Shown here piece by piece: positions 27,501-42,500 of a DNA stretch of 64,000 nt. The DNA lies in the NCBI GenBank assembly GCA_965649765.1, contig OZ287756.1, positions 1,798,001 through 1,862,000 on the forward strand. The letters run 5' to 3'. Made by a program: the position numbers and the translations under genes. This DNA is from Bispira polyomma. Lineage: Eukaryota. How positions within the stretch are numbered: position 1 is the stretch's first letter; every line of letters starts with the position of its first letter. A model generated the notes under the pieces. That model was given only the letters and a program-made list of their open reading frames with translations. It was not told where the DNA came from and ran no database searches.

Positions 27501-30500
27501 TAAAAATTGCCTACGAAGCCTGCAAGTACTGAAACAAACTTGCACAGTGAGACACTAACCTTTTGTGAGAAATCCACGTTTTCTACTGCCGGCAGACGCA
27601 GCAATGTGGTAAAACTCTTGCTGCCATTCCCCAAACATGTGCATGTCAAGTATCACAACTCTGCAAATGGAAAAGCACAAAAGAATATAGCAATATTGCA
27701 CAACTAGGTATTGTACATGCAGAGTTTGATCACATTTTGGGATGTAGTTTTGTTCAATTTGTATGTATTTATTTACACATAGCTAGTATTTAAAGTGCTA
27801 ACTGTAACATGTTGTTTAAGATTGTTTAAGTATTTCTTATTATTTTGGTCAAAAAGGAACATTTTCAATTTAGTTGGCTTTCAGATCCCTTTAAAAGCTT
27901 AGGTCATATCAAGATGGTCAGATTTAATGGTATAAGAAATGAGTGATGAAGTATTTTGAACCACAGTCCTGCTGCAAACTGTCTTATATGAATGAAGAAA
28001 CAGAAGGATTAGAAGCCATTTTGGTGAGAGATTATAGAGTTAACACTTCTAATGACTATGCCAGTCGCACGCCCTGTGAAAAGCACTTTTTCTCAACTAC
28101 AGATTTTAAATCTACCAGCTGAAGGCCCTTTTTTTCTAAACTAGTATCCACTATAATCATCACATTTTCAAGATACACTGGTATCTAATAGCTTTTGTTT
28201 GCTAAACAGCAACGCCTAATGCACACTATAACAACCGTAATAAAGGCATGGGCTGATTATCTCGGCACTATTTTTCTAAGAATGCCACCCTTTTCCTACT
28301 GCATATAATACACCACTTACTTGATGGTCTTGAGATATCTGGGTTTTTCATTGCGGAAGAAGTCTGCTATGGCATCTAACATTGTGTCAGACATGATGGC
28401 TGGTGACATCTTCATGGCACCTATCAGGTGTAAGGTGTGGAAAACACAAAATGTATATCAAAACAAAACTTACACATAAATATTCAAAAAAGGCCTTTTA
28501 GTTATGTGTAATGTTTTAAAGAAAGAATTCTGCAGTGCTAATATGTTGCTATTACATAGTACTGAAGAAAAGTAAAATAATACTATAAGGTATTGACACG
28601 GTTGTTAAATGGTGGTTCCACATTCAAGTTCGATCGGCAAAATGGACCCAATATAGAGATCAGGGCGGTAGGCGAAAAAGGCGGGAAAATGAAAGTGTGG
28701 GACGACCTTGCAGAGCAAACTGATTGCGTCCCTTTTTGACAGGACAACGAGCATGTTCGAACTTGAGATCCGTACTAAAACTTCCCTTGCCTCGCCGACC
28801 CAGGTTAGGATCAAACTTACTGATGATAGGATCTGACATATTGCCCCAGGATCGAACGTATCAGCTATATGATCTGACAGATTCATAACCCACACCATAA
28901 GGATCGAACGTCTAAAAATCAGGACTATTATGGTAAAATAACTAACAAAATGGGCTTTATAAGCTTTATATTCTTCCTGACCGCCCCGTTCACCCCATTT
29001 TCCCCCCCAACCTCTATGTTTTAACAGGCCCGTGTTGAGACAGGCCTGGAGTGAAATAAGACCTATCAGACAGAATGTAATGACAATCCGATCAAACTTA
29101 ACCACCGAAGCCGACCTTCCTGTTTTTAGAGATCGGGGAGATAAGTCGGGGTACTTTAAGAAAATATTTAACATGTTGAACCTATACGTTCACCCTGTTT
29201 TCTCTTTGGACCTATACGGACACGACCCAAGCCTCAAAATCAGGAAGGTCAGGGATGAAATCAGCATAGTGGAACCACCATTTTAGTGGTTGAACATGTT
29301 AAACTAAACCAGCGATAATATTAATAAAAGATATTTGCCAGGTCTGAGACTTTAATCTTAATGTGTATTTGTGAAGTTTAGCTTATGGTACCCGCTTTTC
29401 TGTCGTGATACAGCGACAACAGAGTAGCTATCTAACCGCTTATTACCTGCACCCAGGGCTGGGAAGGCTATTGACTGTAGCTGGTTATCTTCTCCCAACT
29501 TGAGTGTCTGTAGAATGCGTGACTTCCACATGTTGGCATCCTGTCCTGGGGCATCGATGTGAATCACCTTCTTGCAGCCCATCCTACCAGCACCAGTGAT
29601 GGCCACATGGCGAAAAATGAAGCCTGCCACAAAAAATAGAGAAGCAACAAACTATCGAACTGAGTCCCTGATATAAAAAGTTTTATATACGACCACAGGT
29701 TTACCATTTTTTTCCTAAGATATGGAAGTCTGTGCTTCAAAACAGAAAAAATGATACCACAGATCTACCATTTATTTCCATAGATATGGAATTTGTGCTT
29801 TAAACAGATAAAAGGTAACCTGTAAGTGCTGTACTTCGTGTTTAGGTGTCCAATAAAAAATATATAAATATTTCACTACTGTAAATCTCAGTGTTAAGAA
29901 TAAAGTTAACACTAAGCAAACATATTTTCTAACTGTCGCTGCAACTAAAGATCAAAATTGTAATATTAAGACAAAGACCTTTTGTGAATATGGCCTCTAA
30001 AAAAGAAAGGACAGACGAAAGGCATAATGACACCTCCAAATATATTTCTGCTGCTACAGAAATAATGGTTTATGGAAATTAAAGTATTAATGGTAAGCTG
30101 AAGGGAATATGCAACATTTGAGAAGACTGTGCATGCGCCTACAATATTATTATTATTATGCATTTTTAACGCGCTTTATTTGATGCCAGGCATCTTCTAA
30201 AGCGCAACAGCAGAATCAGTAATCAGAAATATCCGAAAATTTGAGAGTCTACCATTACTGACAAAGACACAGTCACTATAGGGGCTGTCTTCAGTGGACC
30301 ATAATACAAAATAATACAAGGATCAGTGAATGCTGTTTACGTTTGTATATAAATAAGAAACTATACCTTTGCAAACGTCATTTTATATAATCCGAACAAC
30401 AATGAGGGTTTTGGCTTCACATAATTTGCAAAACTTTTTATTTTTTGTTTCGCAGACTTTTGTATAGACTGGATCATTTTGTAGGTTGATTTCTCGCGAA

Positions 30501-33500
30501 AATAAAATACCAATGACTGCCAGATAGAATTCACTGTAAAAGATGAATGTAAAATATAAAGACTCCTATCTCATTCAATATTGGATGAAATTTTAGTCTG
30601 TAAAAAGGGTCAGAAAGTCTATTAATTGCTCTTTCATGACATAAAAATTGTAAAAGCTTAGTTTAAGTAAATACAGAGAAATAATTTGATCAATGCCTAT
30701 TTGTCTAAAGATTTTTAAAACACTTTCAGCAATTATCTCTGCGAATCTTTATTAGGGTTGAACACAGTTGGCACTGTCGAATAGCACAGATTAATAGCTT
30801 TCTGGTGATACAAAAACAAAAATTTCAGGTTAAATATTGATGAAGATTCAGCCATTTAATGCAGTAAAATATTAAGTAAACTACTGCTCTGTACAAGGAT
30901 ATTTTTGCGACACCAATTCATCAATGTTTCATTATGTGCAGCCACGTCATGGTTTTTGCAAAAATCAACGAAGTTAAAGATAAATATGTCCATAAAGGGT
31001 AATTTATACACTCTTTACAAAATTAAATTCTGTCCCATACTCACTGAGAAAATCAGAACGCAAACCCAGAGCCTGGATTACAACTTTCGCATCAAAATCT
31101 GACTCTGTTTAACCAAAAAAATGTTGTTGTTTTTTAATACATCTTTATATAGAAGCAACACACGTTTCTGTGCAAGATAAGACTAATTTTCTTTTCATCC
31201 TAAATCCTTAAAGATTTGCTAGCAGACGGACATCACAAGCAAACTTTTACGTACAACATGGCTGTTTTGCCTTTTCGGTCAATTTTTGTGTTTGTGAGAA
31301 TAAATTAGCAAGAGGATAACGTTCGCAATCACTGTGCATGTTCAGAAGATGATGTGTCCTTACTCCGTACTCTAATTAGATTCACAAAAACAACAAAATT
31401 AATTGTCATTCAATCAGCTGGTAAGCTGACGATCCCCAAAACATAAAAATAGCTGTTTCTCCTTTATTTCTAGCTGTTTGAACACCAAATTATCATTAAA
31501 TTGTCACCGCAACAGACCCAATATGTATGCCAAGTATGAAAGTTGAAATCCTTGTGAGTTCTGGGATTACTTTGTCTTCAAATTGTTACCATGGAAACCA
31601 TGATCTTGTTGACTACGTCACAAATGTAAAAATACTTTAGAACAATTAACACCTAGCTTAATTTGTAATCACACATTTTGTGAATAGGTAGGACTTAAAG
31701 TAACTTGCAAACAGCAAATCAAAACTTACCTTTTTCTTGGCATTCACTTTCAAACTGTTGACCTCCTGCTTTTAGGATTGCCTTTGAAAGTGGTGAATCT
31801 AAAAGTATACATAACAGTAAATCAGGCTCAAATCTCTTGTTGAGTTAAGATGTTTCCTTGTACTAGTGGGACAAATAATTCTACTAGTAGGGAAAATATA
31901 AAAAGACTGGATGTTATTTGCCTATTCTCCTGTTAATAGAATGAGTTACCAAAAGACTACTAGGCTGTTGTAAGTAACTTGTACACTGCCCTCCAATAAA
32001 CAGCTCACAGTTGGTAATGTTCAAATACTAGGTGCACTACAAACCCAAAACAAAGTCACAGTTGAGATTATTTCAAATACTGAGTACGCTACCCACCAAA
32101 GACCAGCCAGTGACATTTGGTACTGTGTCAATAATTAGTACACTACACATCAAAGGCCAGGTATGATTGGTACTGTATTATATAGTATGGCAAAACACAC
32201 ATACTAATTGTATTGAATTTTCCATTTCCAAATGTACAAATTTTAGAATCAATATTGATAAACAATGTATGACTCATTCTCTGTGGTGGGGTAATAAATC
32301 GTGTCTAAAATAACACACACTACCCACCAAAAGCTAGGTCACGGTTGGTACTGTTAACAATCACATCAGTCTTCTGTCGTGTGAGGTCTCCTTGCACTAC
32401 CTCGATGGTCACCTGGCCAATGGAGATCTCACACCCCCCAGGAGCCCCACCCTGTGTTGCCCGCTGGGTCGGCCTCGGGAGAAGATCCTTAGTATGATTG
32501 GACAGAGCCCTGCATGGCAGCCCAGAGGATATACTGGCAGAGGAGGTTGTCATTGACCCTTGACTCATCCTCAGCGAGGGAAAGGTCACTGGTTGGTAGC
32601 CCATGTCACAGATCTCCTTGGCAACCTTTTCAAATGCCTGTTTGAACAACAGATGTTAGAGATGTCAAATTTCACAATTTAAATAAATACAATGTCATTG
32701 TTCAAAAGCGACCTTTTATTAGAGCAAAGTAAATTTGTCAGTAAAAATACATTGTAAGTATAAGTCAAACATCTGTTTAATCAAAAGAAACATTTCTAGG
32801 GGCCTTATTCACGAAAGGTCTTAGTCGTAACTCAGCCTTAAGCTTAAATTTTTTAGACATGAATGGGCTTTGAAACGCACAAACTGATCGATGATAACCA
32901 AGCTATGGGTGTTGAACTTCTCACAAACTGCACAACTTTACTTTGTTGCCTAGAACTCGATTTATGGACAACATATTTATATTTCAGGAGTAGAAATAAT
33001 AAAGAATGGCATATATATAATTATAGGCTAATTTATATATTTTATGTGTCATTTTAATAGGTATATTAAGACATATAATGCTTATAGCAGTGTGTAAAAT
33101 TGTAACTAAAATTGGTAATATTTTCAAAGTACATGCTTCACAAATGTGACACAATTCACATACAGAGAAAATAATACTGTAGTATAATACATGACTAGGA
33201 AAAGGAAAATTTCAGCATTATTTTCTTCGTTTAAAATACAAAAACTGGGCTTTTTTTAGAAAAGCATTTAATTTACCATTTTCTAAGAAACAGAGTCTTT
33301 TGTATTCTTTGTTTATATAAAATAAAGAAACCTATTTAAAAATGTAAATCATTCAAAAAAATATTCAGGTTTTCCAAAGTTGTGTAGGTATATAGTGTCT
33401 TTATATATGATGGATCAATACTTGTATTGTGTCACCATAGAAAGGCTTCTCCCTGAGAATTGTTAACAAATATGACATTCCTGCACAGATTTCAAATTGT

Positions 33501-36500
33501 GTGACGTCACAATACAAGAATCATTGTATGGGTATTTTTATAGTTTTATAGCAAAGTATTACAGTTTTAAATTGTTTAACACGTATAAAAATAGATGCAA
33601 CCTTTACTAAAGTATACTTTTGAAGACATCATACTTGTTATACAGACTAGAAATGAGCATTCGTAAAAGTAGCCTGCTTTATCAGTAACTATGGTGTCCC
33701 CAGGTCTAAGCCATTGCAAAAATATCTAAACAGTTTTTCAAATTCTATTGACTCAAAATAATTTTAAAGCTTCAATGCTTCTACTGTTTCCATCAAAAAT
33801 CATGCAGGCAGGAATTGAACTGATGTCCGTCTGATCACTAACACCACACCGTGATGTGAACCAGAGTATCTGATGAGCCCAACTCAAATTTCAAAATTAT
33901 CCACATCACTGGTGGAAAAAAAAAGTTTAGCACGATAATTCCTTACCTTGATGGTGTTGTTGTCCTGATCATACACTACAAAGGACACTTGCTTTAGGCA
34001 GGTGGTTGGATGAGTTGCACTAAACCTGTTCACCTGTTCATACATGGCCTTGGCCACAAAATCCCGAGGGCAGCCTAAGTTGCCAGTTCCGACAGCTGGG
34101 AAAGCCATGGATGTCATGCCTGCTTCAGACGCTTTGGTCAGACAGTTGGTGATAAGGAAGGCAAGTTCCTACAACAACACAAACTGGTTCACAGTGAACC
34201 TAATATCTGAACATCTTGGGTGAGCACAATCCATTCAGAACAATAGAAAGGTTAACTTTTGACACAGAACCAAAGCAAAACAAGATAAACAATTTTGTCT
34301 GCTTGCCGACAGACATAGGTTTGGCAAGTAACAAATGTTAATGATTGCTTGCCGAGAACATAGAGGTTGAAAGGCTTAATAAATAGGAGAGGTATTATAG
34401 TATAAATATTGTTGTATCTCTTTAAGTGGATTGCTTGCCGAGAACATAGAGGTTGAAATGCTTAATAAATAGGAGAGGTATTATAGTATAAATATTGTTG
34501 TATCTCTTTAAGTGGATTGCTTGCCGAGAACATAGAGGTTGAAAGGCTTAATAAATAGGAGAGGTATTATAGTATAAATATTGTTGTATCTCTTTAAGTG
34601 GATTGCTTGCCGAGAACATAGAGGTTGAAAGGCTTAATAAATAGGAGAGGTATTATAGTATAAATATTGTTGTATCTCTTTAAGTGGAACTTCAATAAAC
34701 TAGGTAGAAATACTTCTCCTTCTATAAACAGGATTAAACATACCTTTAGACTGAGTATAAAAGTAATAGAAGGTGGGACCCGCGGGCCACAGAGTAGTTT
34801 GCTATGTGTGAGGCCCAATTTCTGGCAGCATAGCCAAGTTTGGGATTTGATCATGAAACGGTGAAGATCACAGTGGGGTAAAACATCTTATACTTTCGCT
34901 CATGGCTTCAACTAAAATCGGCTAAAAATGTGTTGAAAATATTAATAATATTGAAGTTAACATATGTAACTGCATCTTCTGAAGCAAACTTAAAAAAATA
35001 TGAATTGTTTGTTGACAGCTCTCAAAACCACCTTCACCCGAAACTGACGTCATACTTTAACAATTTAACACATTATGCTGTCTACACACAAAAAAAGTGT
35101 CAAAAAAAGCACACAAAATCATAATATCTCCAAAAGTACTGTAGATAATTTTACGAAAATTAATTTGGGTCATCCTCATGAAAATTAAACTTCTAGCAGT
35201 TTCTGAGATTTGCTTGTCTAAACAATTTCTCACCAATAATAAAAAAGTTTCACAATGTCAAAAATACTTTTGCACAAAGTTTAAGTTTCATGTTACCATG
35301 AGCAAAAAACGACTGACACGGCAATTTACTAAGTTCTGTACAACGGAAAAAAGATCAGTACATTTTCACATAAATAAAAAATGTAAATAGTCCCTAAAAG
35401 GTGGCCATAAGTAATAATGTTGAGTATGGCTATTAGATTAATCAATATATTTGCAAACTAAATGGAATGATGAATTTTTTTGTCAGTTTTAAGTGCCGTG
35501 TGAGATTTGGAAACTTTTGCTTATGTAACCACTCTGTCCATCGGCGTGAATACAATGAGTAAATCAAAAGCATTGATGACAGGACAGAGTACTCATTCCA
35601 AGACTAAGTATGAAAGTAATATACAAAACACATATTAACCTTCTGTCGACAACAAACCAACACCAACAATTAACCCTTGAATCCAAAAACAAACGGTTGC
35701 AGATGACCATTTATCGACATCCTTTTAAGGGTTCCTTAATCTGCCACTGGGAAAAGGACTAAATAACAATGGATCACCATTTTAAGTGGTCATCTATTCC
35801 ACTGTGTATCTGACTGCACCTAGTCACCCCAGGCTGAGATTGAACTATCTGTGGGTCCCAAGTAATGGGCCACATAAAACAGATATAACACATTTATAAT
35901 TCTCAGTCTTTGCTCACCTTTGCTGATTTCTCATTGTCTGTCCACTTTGTACAGGATATATGGTAGACCTTCTTACAGTCCAGCCATCCACCACTTGTCT
36001 CTGCAATCATGCCCTCATGAAAACCAGTAGTGTCCAAAATCTAAACCAACAAGAGAAAAGTGTATGTAAAGATCAAATTGTGGCAAATAATAAGTTACTA
36101 GGCACGGTTTCCAAAGGGGACCTGACGTTATAAACATGCCATTTATATGTGTTTTTTTGTTTTTTTTATTGGCACAAAAAAACAAACAACACATGTATAC
36201 ATACAGTTACAAAAGACACAGACATACACAAGAATACACAATAGTAAATATACTGTAAATTACTGACATGGACAAAAAAAGAAAGATGTGCTGTATACTA
36301 TTATGCTCACAATGCGCACTGGTAATCTTTTGGAATATACAAAAGATCAATATTTATACTGCTAACTTAGAAGTTATTTATCAACTCTTTTAACTGAGTT
36401 GGTATAAATGAACTTCCATTTTATTCCGAATGTAACTGCTAAATTCATCAAAACTTATGTTTTTGTCTTTGACTCTGATTCATATACTAATATACTAATA

Positions 36501-39500
36501 TACTACTATACTAATTATGATATTCATTAGTTTATTCCTTCATATGCCAAAGATAACTTCACATATTGTCTATTTTTGTTTGTAAGTCAAGTTCAGTACC
36601 CTGGCAAAGCAATTTTAAATGGTTGTAATTGAAATGTTGCTGTCATGAAATTATGACATTGGCTGTCATATGTAACAGTCGCCTGGGTGGAGGCCGGTGC
36701 ATTGTTTAAGTTCTAACTGTGATTTTAAATGCACTGGCCTCACAGATCAAATCAAACCAATGCATTAGATTCCCTAAACCTGGTTTAATATAAGTCTCTT
36801 AATCCAAAAATGAGATACTTGACGATTTTTGAACCCTAAAGTTTGTTTTTAATCTAAAAAATTCTTAGCTCTGACACTAAAATCTGACTTAAATGGAAAA
36901 TATTAATATAAAAATGGGAAAGTATATGCATGGAAAATTAAAGACTGTTTCATTTAGTTGTTTTGGAGATTACCAAAGTGCTGTATGTGTACAGAAAAGA
37001 TAGCAACAACTTATATCTCAAAGCGAGGGTGACCCGAAGAAACTTTGGCAAAAACTAAATAACACCCTCCACCGCAAAAAACAGACTATACTACCCGAAA
37101 ATTCCAATAGCAAATCACTGGCAAACATTTTTAGTACTTTTTTCACTGATAAAATTACCAGAATCCGTGACGGTTTTACATTAGCTGCCCCAAATGCCCC
37201 TTTACCAACAGCTCCACCAACCGTCTTCAACTGTTTCTCCAGAGTAACTGTTGATGAAGTCAGGAAAATTATACTGGCATCGCCCGTAAAATCTTGCTTG
37301 CTAGATCCGTGGCCCACATTCCTTGTCAAAGAATGTATTGACATTTTATTGCCCTCAATCACAAAACTTATCAACCTCTCGTTGATAAATGGTGTCTTTC
37401 CAGATGATTTTAAAAAGGCTATTGTCACTCCTTTAATAAAAAAACCTTCTCTTCCAAAGGCTGACTTGAAAAATTACCGTCCTGTCTCAGGCCTTTGCTA
37501 TATCTCTAAGTTGGTAGAACGCGTGGTTGCCTTACAGATCAAACAACATGTTGACGTCAGCAATCTGTCCAATAAGTATCAGTCAGCATACAAAAGTGGT
37601 CATTCTACTGAGACTGCACTTCTCTGCATCAAAAATGATGTTCATACATCTTTATCCAAAGGTATGCCTACTGCCTTAGTACTGCTGGATCTGTCAGCAG
37701 CCTTTGATACTATTGATCACAAAGTTCTTCTTGAGTGCCTATCGTCCCGGTTCGGTATCAGCAGTATGGCGCTTAAGTGGTTCACGGCATATTTATCTGA
37801 TAGATTCCAATCAGTCAAAATTGGCAATATCTTATCCGACCCAACATGGTTAAAATTTGGTGTTCCCCAAGGTTCCGTCCTGGGTCCCATATTGTTTTCC
37901 ATGTACACCACTCCACTCAGCAAGATTATTGCTGCATACAAAAACATAAACTTTCACTTCTATGCTGATGATACCCAACTGTACATCCACCTTACACCTG
38001 ACTCTGCCCAGGTAGCTTTCACTTCCTTACAGAACTACCTTGTTGATGTACAACACTGGATGGCAGCAAATTAACTCAAGCTGAACCCTGAGAAGACTGA
38101 GTTTATTTTGTTTGGCCCCAAGTCGCAACAGGAAAAATTGTCCAGCTGTTTTCCACTTGACATTCTTGGCAGCAGGTTTTTTCCAGCTGACAAAGTACGA
38201 AACCTGGGTGTGGTGTTTGACTCTGAAATTTCCTTCTCGAACCATGTCGCATCGGTGTGTAGATCATGTTTTGTTGGCCTCCGTGATTTCAGGCGGATTC
38301 GACGCTATCTTTCAAAATCCACTGCAATCACTGTTGCCAATGCTTTGGTCAGCAGCAGGCTTGATTACTGCAACTCTCTGTTCCGTTCCTTATCTCGTAG
38401 TGATCTCAGACGCCTTCAGAATATCCAACACTCCTTGACACGTATTGTGACCAAAACATCTAAATTTTCCCACATTACTCCTGTACTGAAGTCACTGCAC
38501 TGGCTCCCAATAAAATATCGTGTTGCTTTCAAAACAGCAACAATAATATATAAATTTCTAAATTCTGGATTACCCACTTATTTTAGCCCCCATCTATCCA
38601 AATATACATGCTCAGTCAGGACTAGGCGCAGTAACCCTGATAAATTATACCTTAACATTCCCACTTTTGACCCTCGCATCCACAAATCCAAAGTTCAGTT
38701 CAATCACTGCCTAGCTCATGATGGCCCCCTCATTTGGAACAGCCTACCTGATCATGTTCGCCTGGCTCAAACTTTCTCCTCTTTCAGGAGTAAGCTGAAG
38801 GCCTATCTTTTTGAACAGGCTTTTCCACCTTAGCCGTCGCATCCATCTACGGTAGTCTCCCTGGTTACGACTTCCATCCGCCCACTATTTTTGATTTGCG
38901 ATTAACGTTTTGGGTTTGTTGCGCCTTAGAATTTGTTGTACAAGGATTAAGCGCTATAAAAGTATGACTAGATTAGATTAGATTAGATAACGTATTTTAA
39001 GGCAATTGATAATCAAACCTAGGCAACCGATTGATGTATGACAAATTTGGTTGAGCTACAAGAGATAGTCGTTTGAGACAAAGTTGTGACAAGCAAAAAA
39101 AATTATTTTTTGATTGTAGGACATTGGTCATGCTCAAAGATCTGATTTAGACATGTAAACATTTTCTCAAGGAAAACAAAGATAAATCTTTTCGACACCA
39201 TTAATATTTGGAGATATATTAAAAATCAATAATGCATGAACAGAAAACGTTACCCCAAAAGCAAATAAAAGCCCTTTTTCATGGGACGCTAAATGATTGT
39301 TTTAGGCACAGAAAGTTAAAAAAAAAATTTCATATTTCTAAAAACTTCTGGTGTTGTGTATGTGTACATTATTACTATATTAACATTAAATTTCACCTAA
39401 AACATGGTCAACATGCTAAGCCTACCCGATCACATTGGTCCTGTAGTGTGTCACCAGCAGCTGTAAGGATGGACTGTGAAACTCTGCCAACTCTCAGCTG

Positions 39501-42500
39501 AAGATCACTAGAAGCCGTGTTTACGATGACATCAACCTACCAGAAAAAAAGGCTGAGATCACATACAACTTTTGAATGATTGTGTATCATTTAAAATGGT
39601 CTGTCAATCATTATTAATCCTGGTAAAAATACAACTCATTTTACAGTAGCGGTTCCCCTTAGTCACTTCAATCAAAACAAGAAATTATTGTAACCTATTG
39701 TTTTGAAGACTCAGATGTCAAAATTTGAAAACATCTTGCTGAATTATAAGATACTAATATAACTAAACATGTAAGAATACATTGATGTTTTAACAGTAAT
39801 ATTCCTTAGCACCATACAGCACCCAGAAAATAAGAATGGCAGTTGAATTTAGTTTAGCGTTTTTATGTTCTTTTCAACAGCTAGATATAATAGTGGATGA
39901 AACCAGTGCTGAAGCATTCTATTTTTTATCTTACAATGTGATAGATACATTATAGTTTCTAGCTTAGTAAAATATGTATACAATTATAATTTATAGTTAC
40001 CTTTATATATGATGTCATTCAATACAAAATAATCAAAAAAATTAAGAAAACACTCCTTTTTTAGTGGACATTTTAGCTGTGATAAATTATTATTACAATA
40101 ACTAAGAGATAGTTACATATGGACAAAGTTGAAGGTTTAATACTAAATGTGCTATCAAATTAAAGTTTGACAGCAATATCAATAAAATCAGTGTAGAACA
40201 GAAGTTGTAAAAACAAACTATTTCTAATATTTCCGCAAAGAGGCGAATCTTAAAAATAAAAGCAATCATTGACAAATCCACTTTTAATATTTTGTGTGTT
40301 TAATATTTTTGTTTTGTCAGCTATCATATCTCTGGCAACGACCACAAGGCTGTGTAAGTCTGTTGAAATATGTCTTAATGTAAAAAACTACAATACTGCC
40401 ATATTCATTGTTTTATAAAAATAATTTCTTATGAGTTGCCTATTACAAATACTTCAAGTATATGAACATGTGATCCCAAATGATGTAGATAATATGGCAT
40501 GGCTTCTGTCACATTATCGTGGATTGAAAATTTATTCTGGTGTCACGGCATCATGACTTTTGTCACAATGACAGATATATTATGTCCATTACATAAATAA
40601 AAAAATATAAATTATAAATCTTCGATATTTTCGATATAGTTGTTTTAATTAATAATTGCTATTTTCTGGGACTTACAAAAATTTATGTTAATTGCTTCCT
40701 TCAAATTCAAGTACACTAACTAAAGACAAGTTTAATCGCTATTTTCGAGTCTGCCGGAAATACATCTGTACCAGGTGTTTTGCCATTTTTCATTTGTTTT
40801 AAAATTTTGTAGTTAAAAATTGTACACCATTTAAAAATACCGGCAGTATATTTCAATAATCAGACCCTCACATTGTTCTTTTTCAGTTCTTTTCAATGTT
40901 CATAATTTATTGCATTCAACAATTTTAACAAAAACCTTGATGTATCCTTTGCTGATATCATTGCTTATAATAATTTTAGATTTTGTTTAAAATTGAGGTT
41001 TCTCCTTATATGCCATGTTATTCATTGTCCAATTGAAGAATTCATTTATTAATGTAATTTGTCTTTGCTTCAAAGATTCAGTAAAAGGCCAAGGTGGTCC
41101 AGTGGTTATAAGCGTCTGCTTATAAATAAAACTGGCCTTTCACCTCTGGAAATCAAATCCCAAAGATTCCTTTTTTCTTGGTGTTTATAAACAAAATCTT
41201 GATTTCATTATAATTGCCTGTATTTTTAGATGGTGTACAATTTTTAACTGTTCTCTATATTTTTTTTTAATTTAGTGATCCATACATGTTTTCTTGTGCA
41301 TTATCTAACATCTGGCTAGGTTTCTATACACTTTTCCAAGTATAATATTGCTGAAGCATTGTAAACCACTGACCAACAGCAAGTACTTGGCAAACTTTCT
41401 CACATGAAGAAACAGATGCGATTTAAACCCACATTGTGTGAGAGGCCAGTCATTTTGGAGAAGATGCACCTAACCACTAGGCTGCACTAGGCCACCGTGG
41501 ACCTTGTCTAACCTTTAAGCTGGTGTTTGATGATAATAACTCACCGATTGTTTGGCTATGGCCCCCCTCACAAGTTTGACCTTGACCCCTTCAGGAGTGG
41601 TCAGCATGTTAGGATCCCCTTTGTGTGTAAACAGTGGTCTGCTACCTGACACCTCTAAACATATATCAATGAAATCTAATAGAGAAAATATTCTCTTATC
41701 CAAATAACAATTATATTTTATGAACTCATACATTAAACTCCTCCACATTTTTCCCTGTTGTTTTATACTTTTTGATATTGTGGCTATATATATATATCTA
41801 AAGAATAGCCTTGCCAAGGCGAAATATCAAACTACAAATATCTGATGCGGCTTTGACTGTAGAAGCCAGCACTGTTTGGACATTATTATTATTATGCATT
41901 TTTAACACGCTTTATTGATGCTTGGCATCTTCTAAAGTGCAACAGCAAAATCAGTGATCCAATTGTGTGATCTATAAACATAGCAAGGGACATCATAACA
42001 AGATAAGAGTGGCCCAGGTGGCCACTTTGGCAGATGCTGCAGGCAATTGTTCAATAGATGTTTGTATTAGATTAGGGTGTTGCTTGATAAAAATGTGAGG
42101 TATTTATGATTTTGTAGGAGTAGGTTATAGTTATTGTATCCACCGGAAAACTCCGGTGTATACATTAGATTATGCTTTGAAACACCGCTGCCGCCGCCGC
42201 GTTAGTGTGTGTAGAGATTTTACTGTTACCGTTCTCCTGGGAAAATTCTTACACCTAGGTTCTAAAATTAACAGGAAATGTTCCTTATTATAAAAGTTCC
42301 TTATTATAAAAAATGGCCGCTACGGGCGTTTCTTTGAAAATAATCAGGCTATTAACTGTTTCTCAGCTGTAAAATGTTGAATCTCTTTACAGGTGATACA
42401 TTCAATGGACAGATATGTCCTTTATAAACATGCAGACATTTGACATTAAATTCCCTCATTCAAGGTCATCGACAGAGTGCCAAAGTACCCCAAGTGACCA

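Noticed and set aside
28605-29174. 189-aa ORF on the minus strand
   Set aside because: Lies within a MITE bounded by TIRs and has no recognisable domain; the flanking PARP exons splice in phase without it.
34343-34688. CRISPR-like array
   Set aside because: Units are head-to-tail with no unique spacers, the context is a eukaryotic intron, and there are no cas genes.
37018-38245. Minus-strand ORFs 37018..37428, 37717..37947 and 38027..38245
   Set aside because: Antisense shadows of the LINE RT frame.
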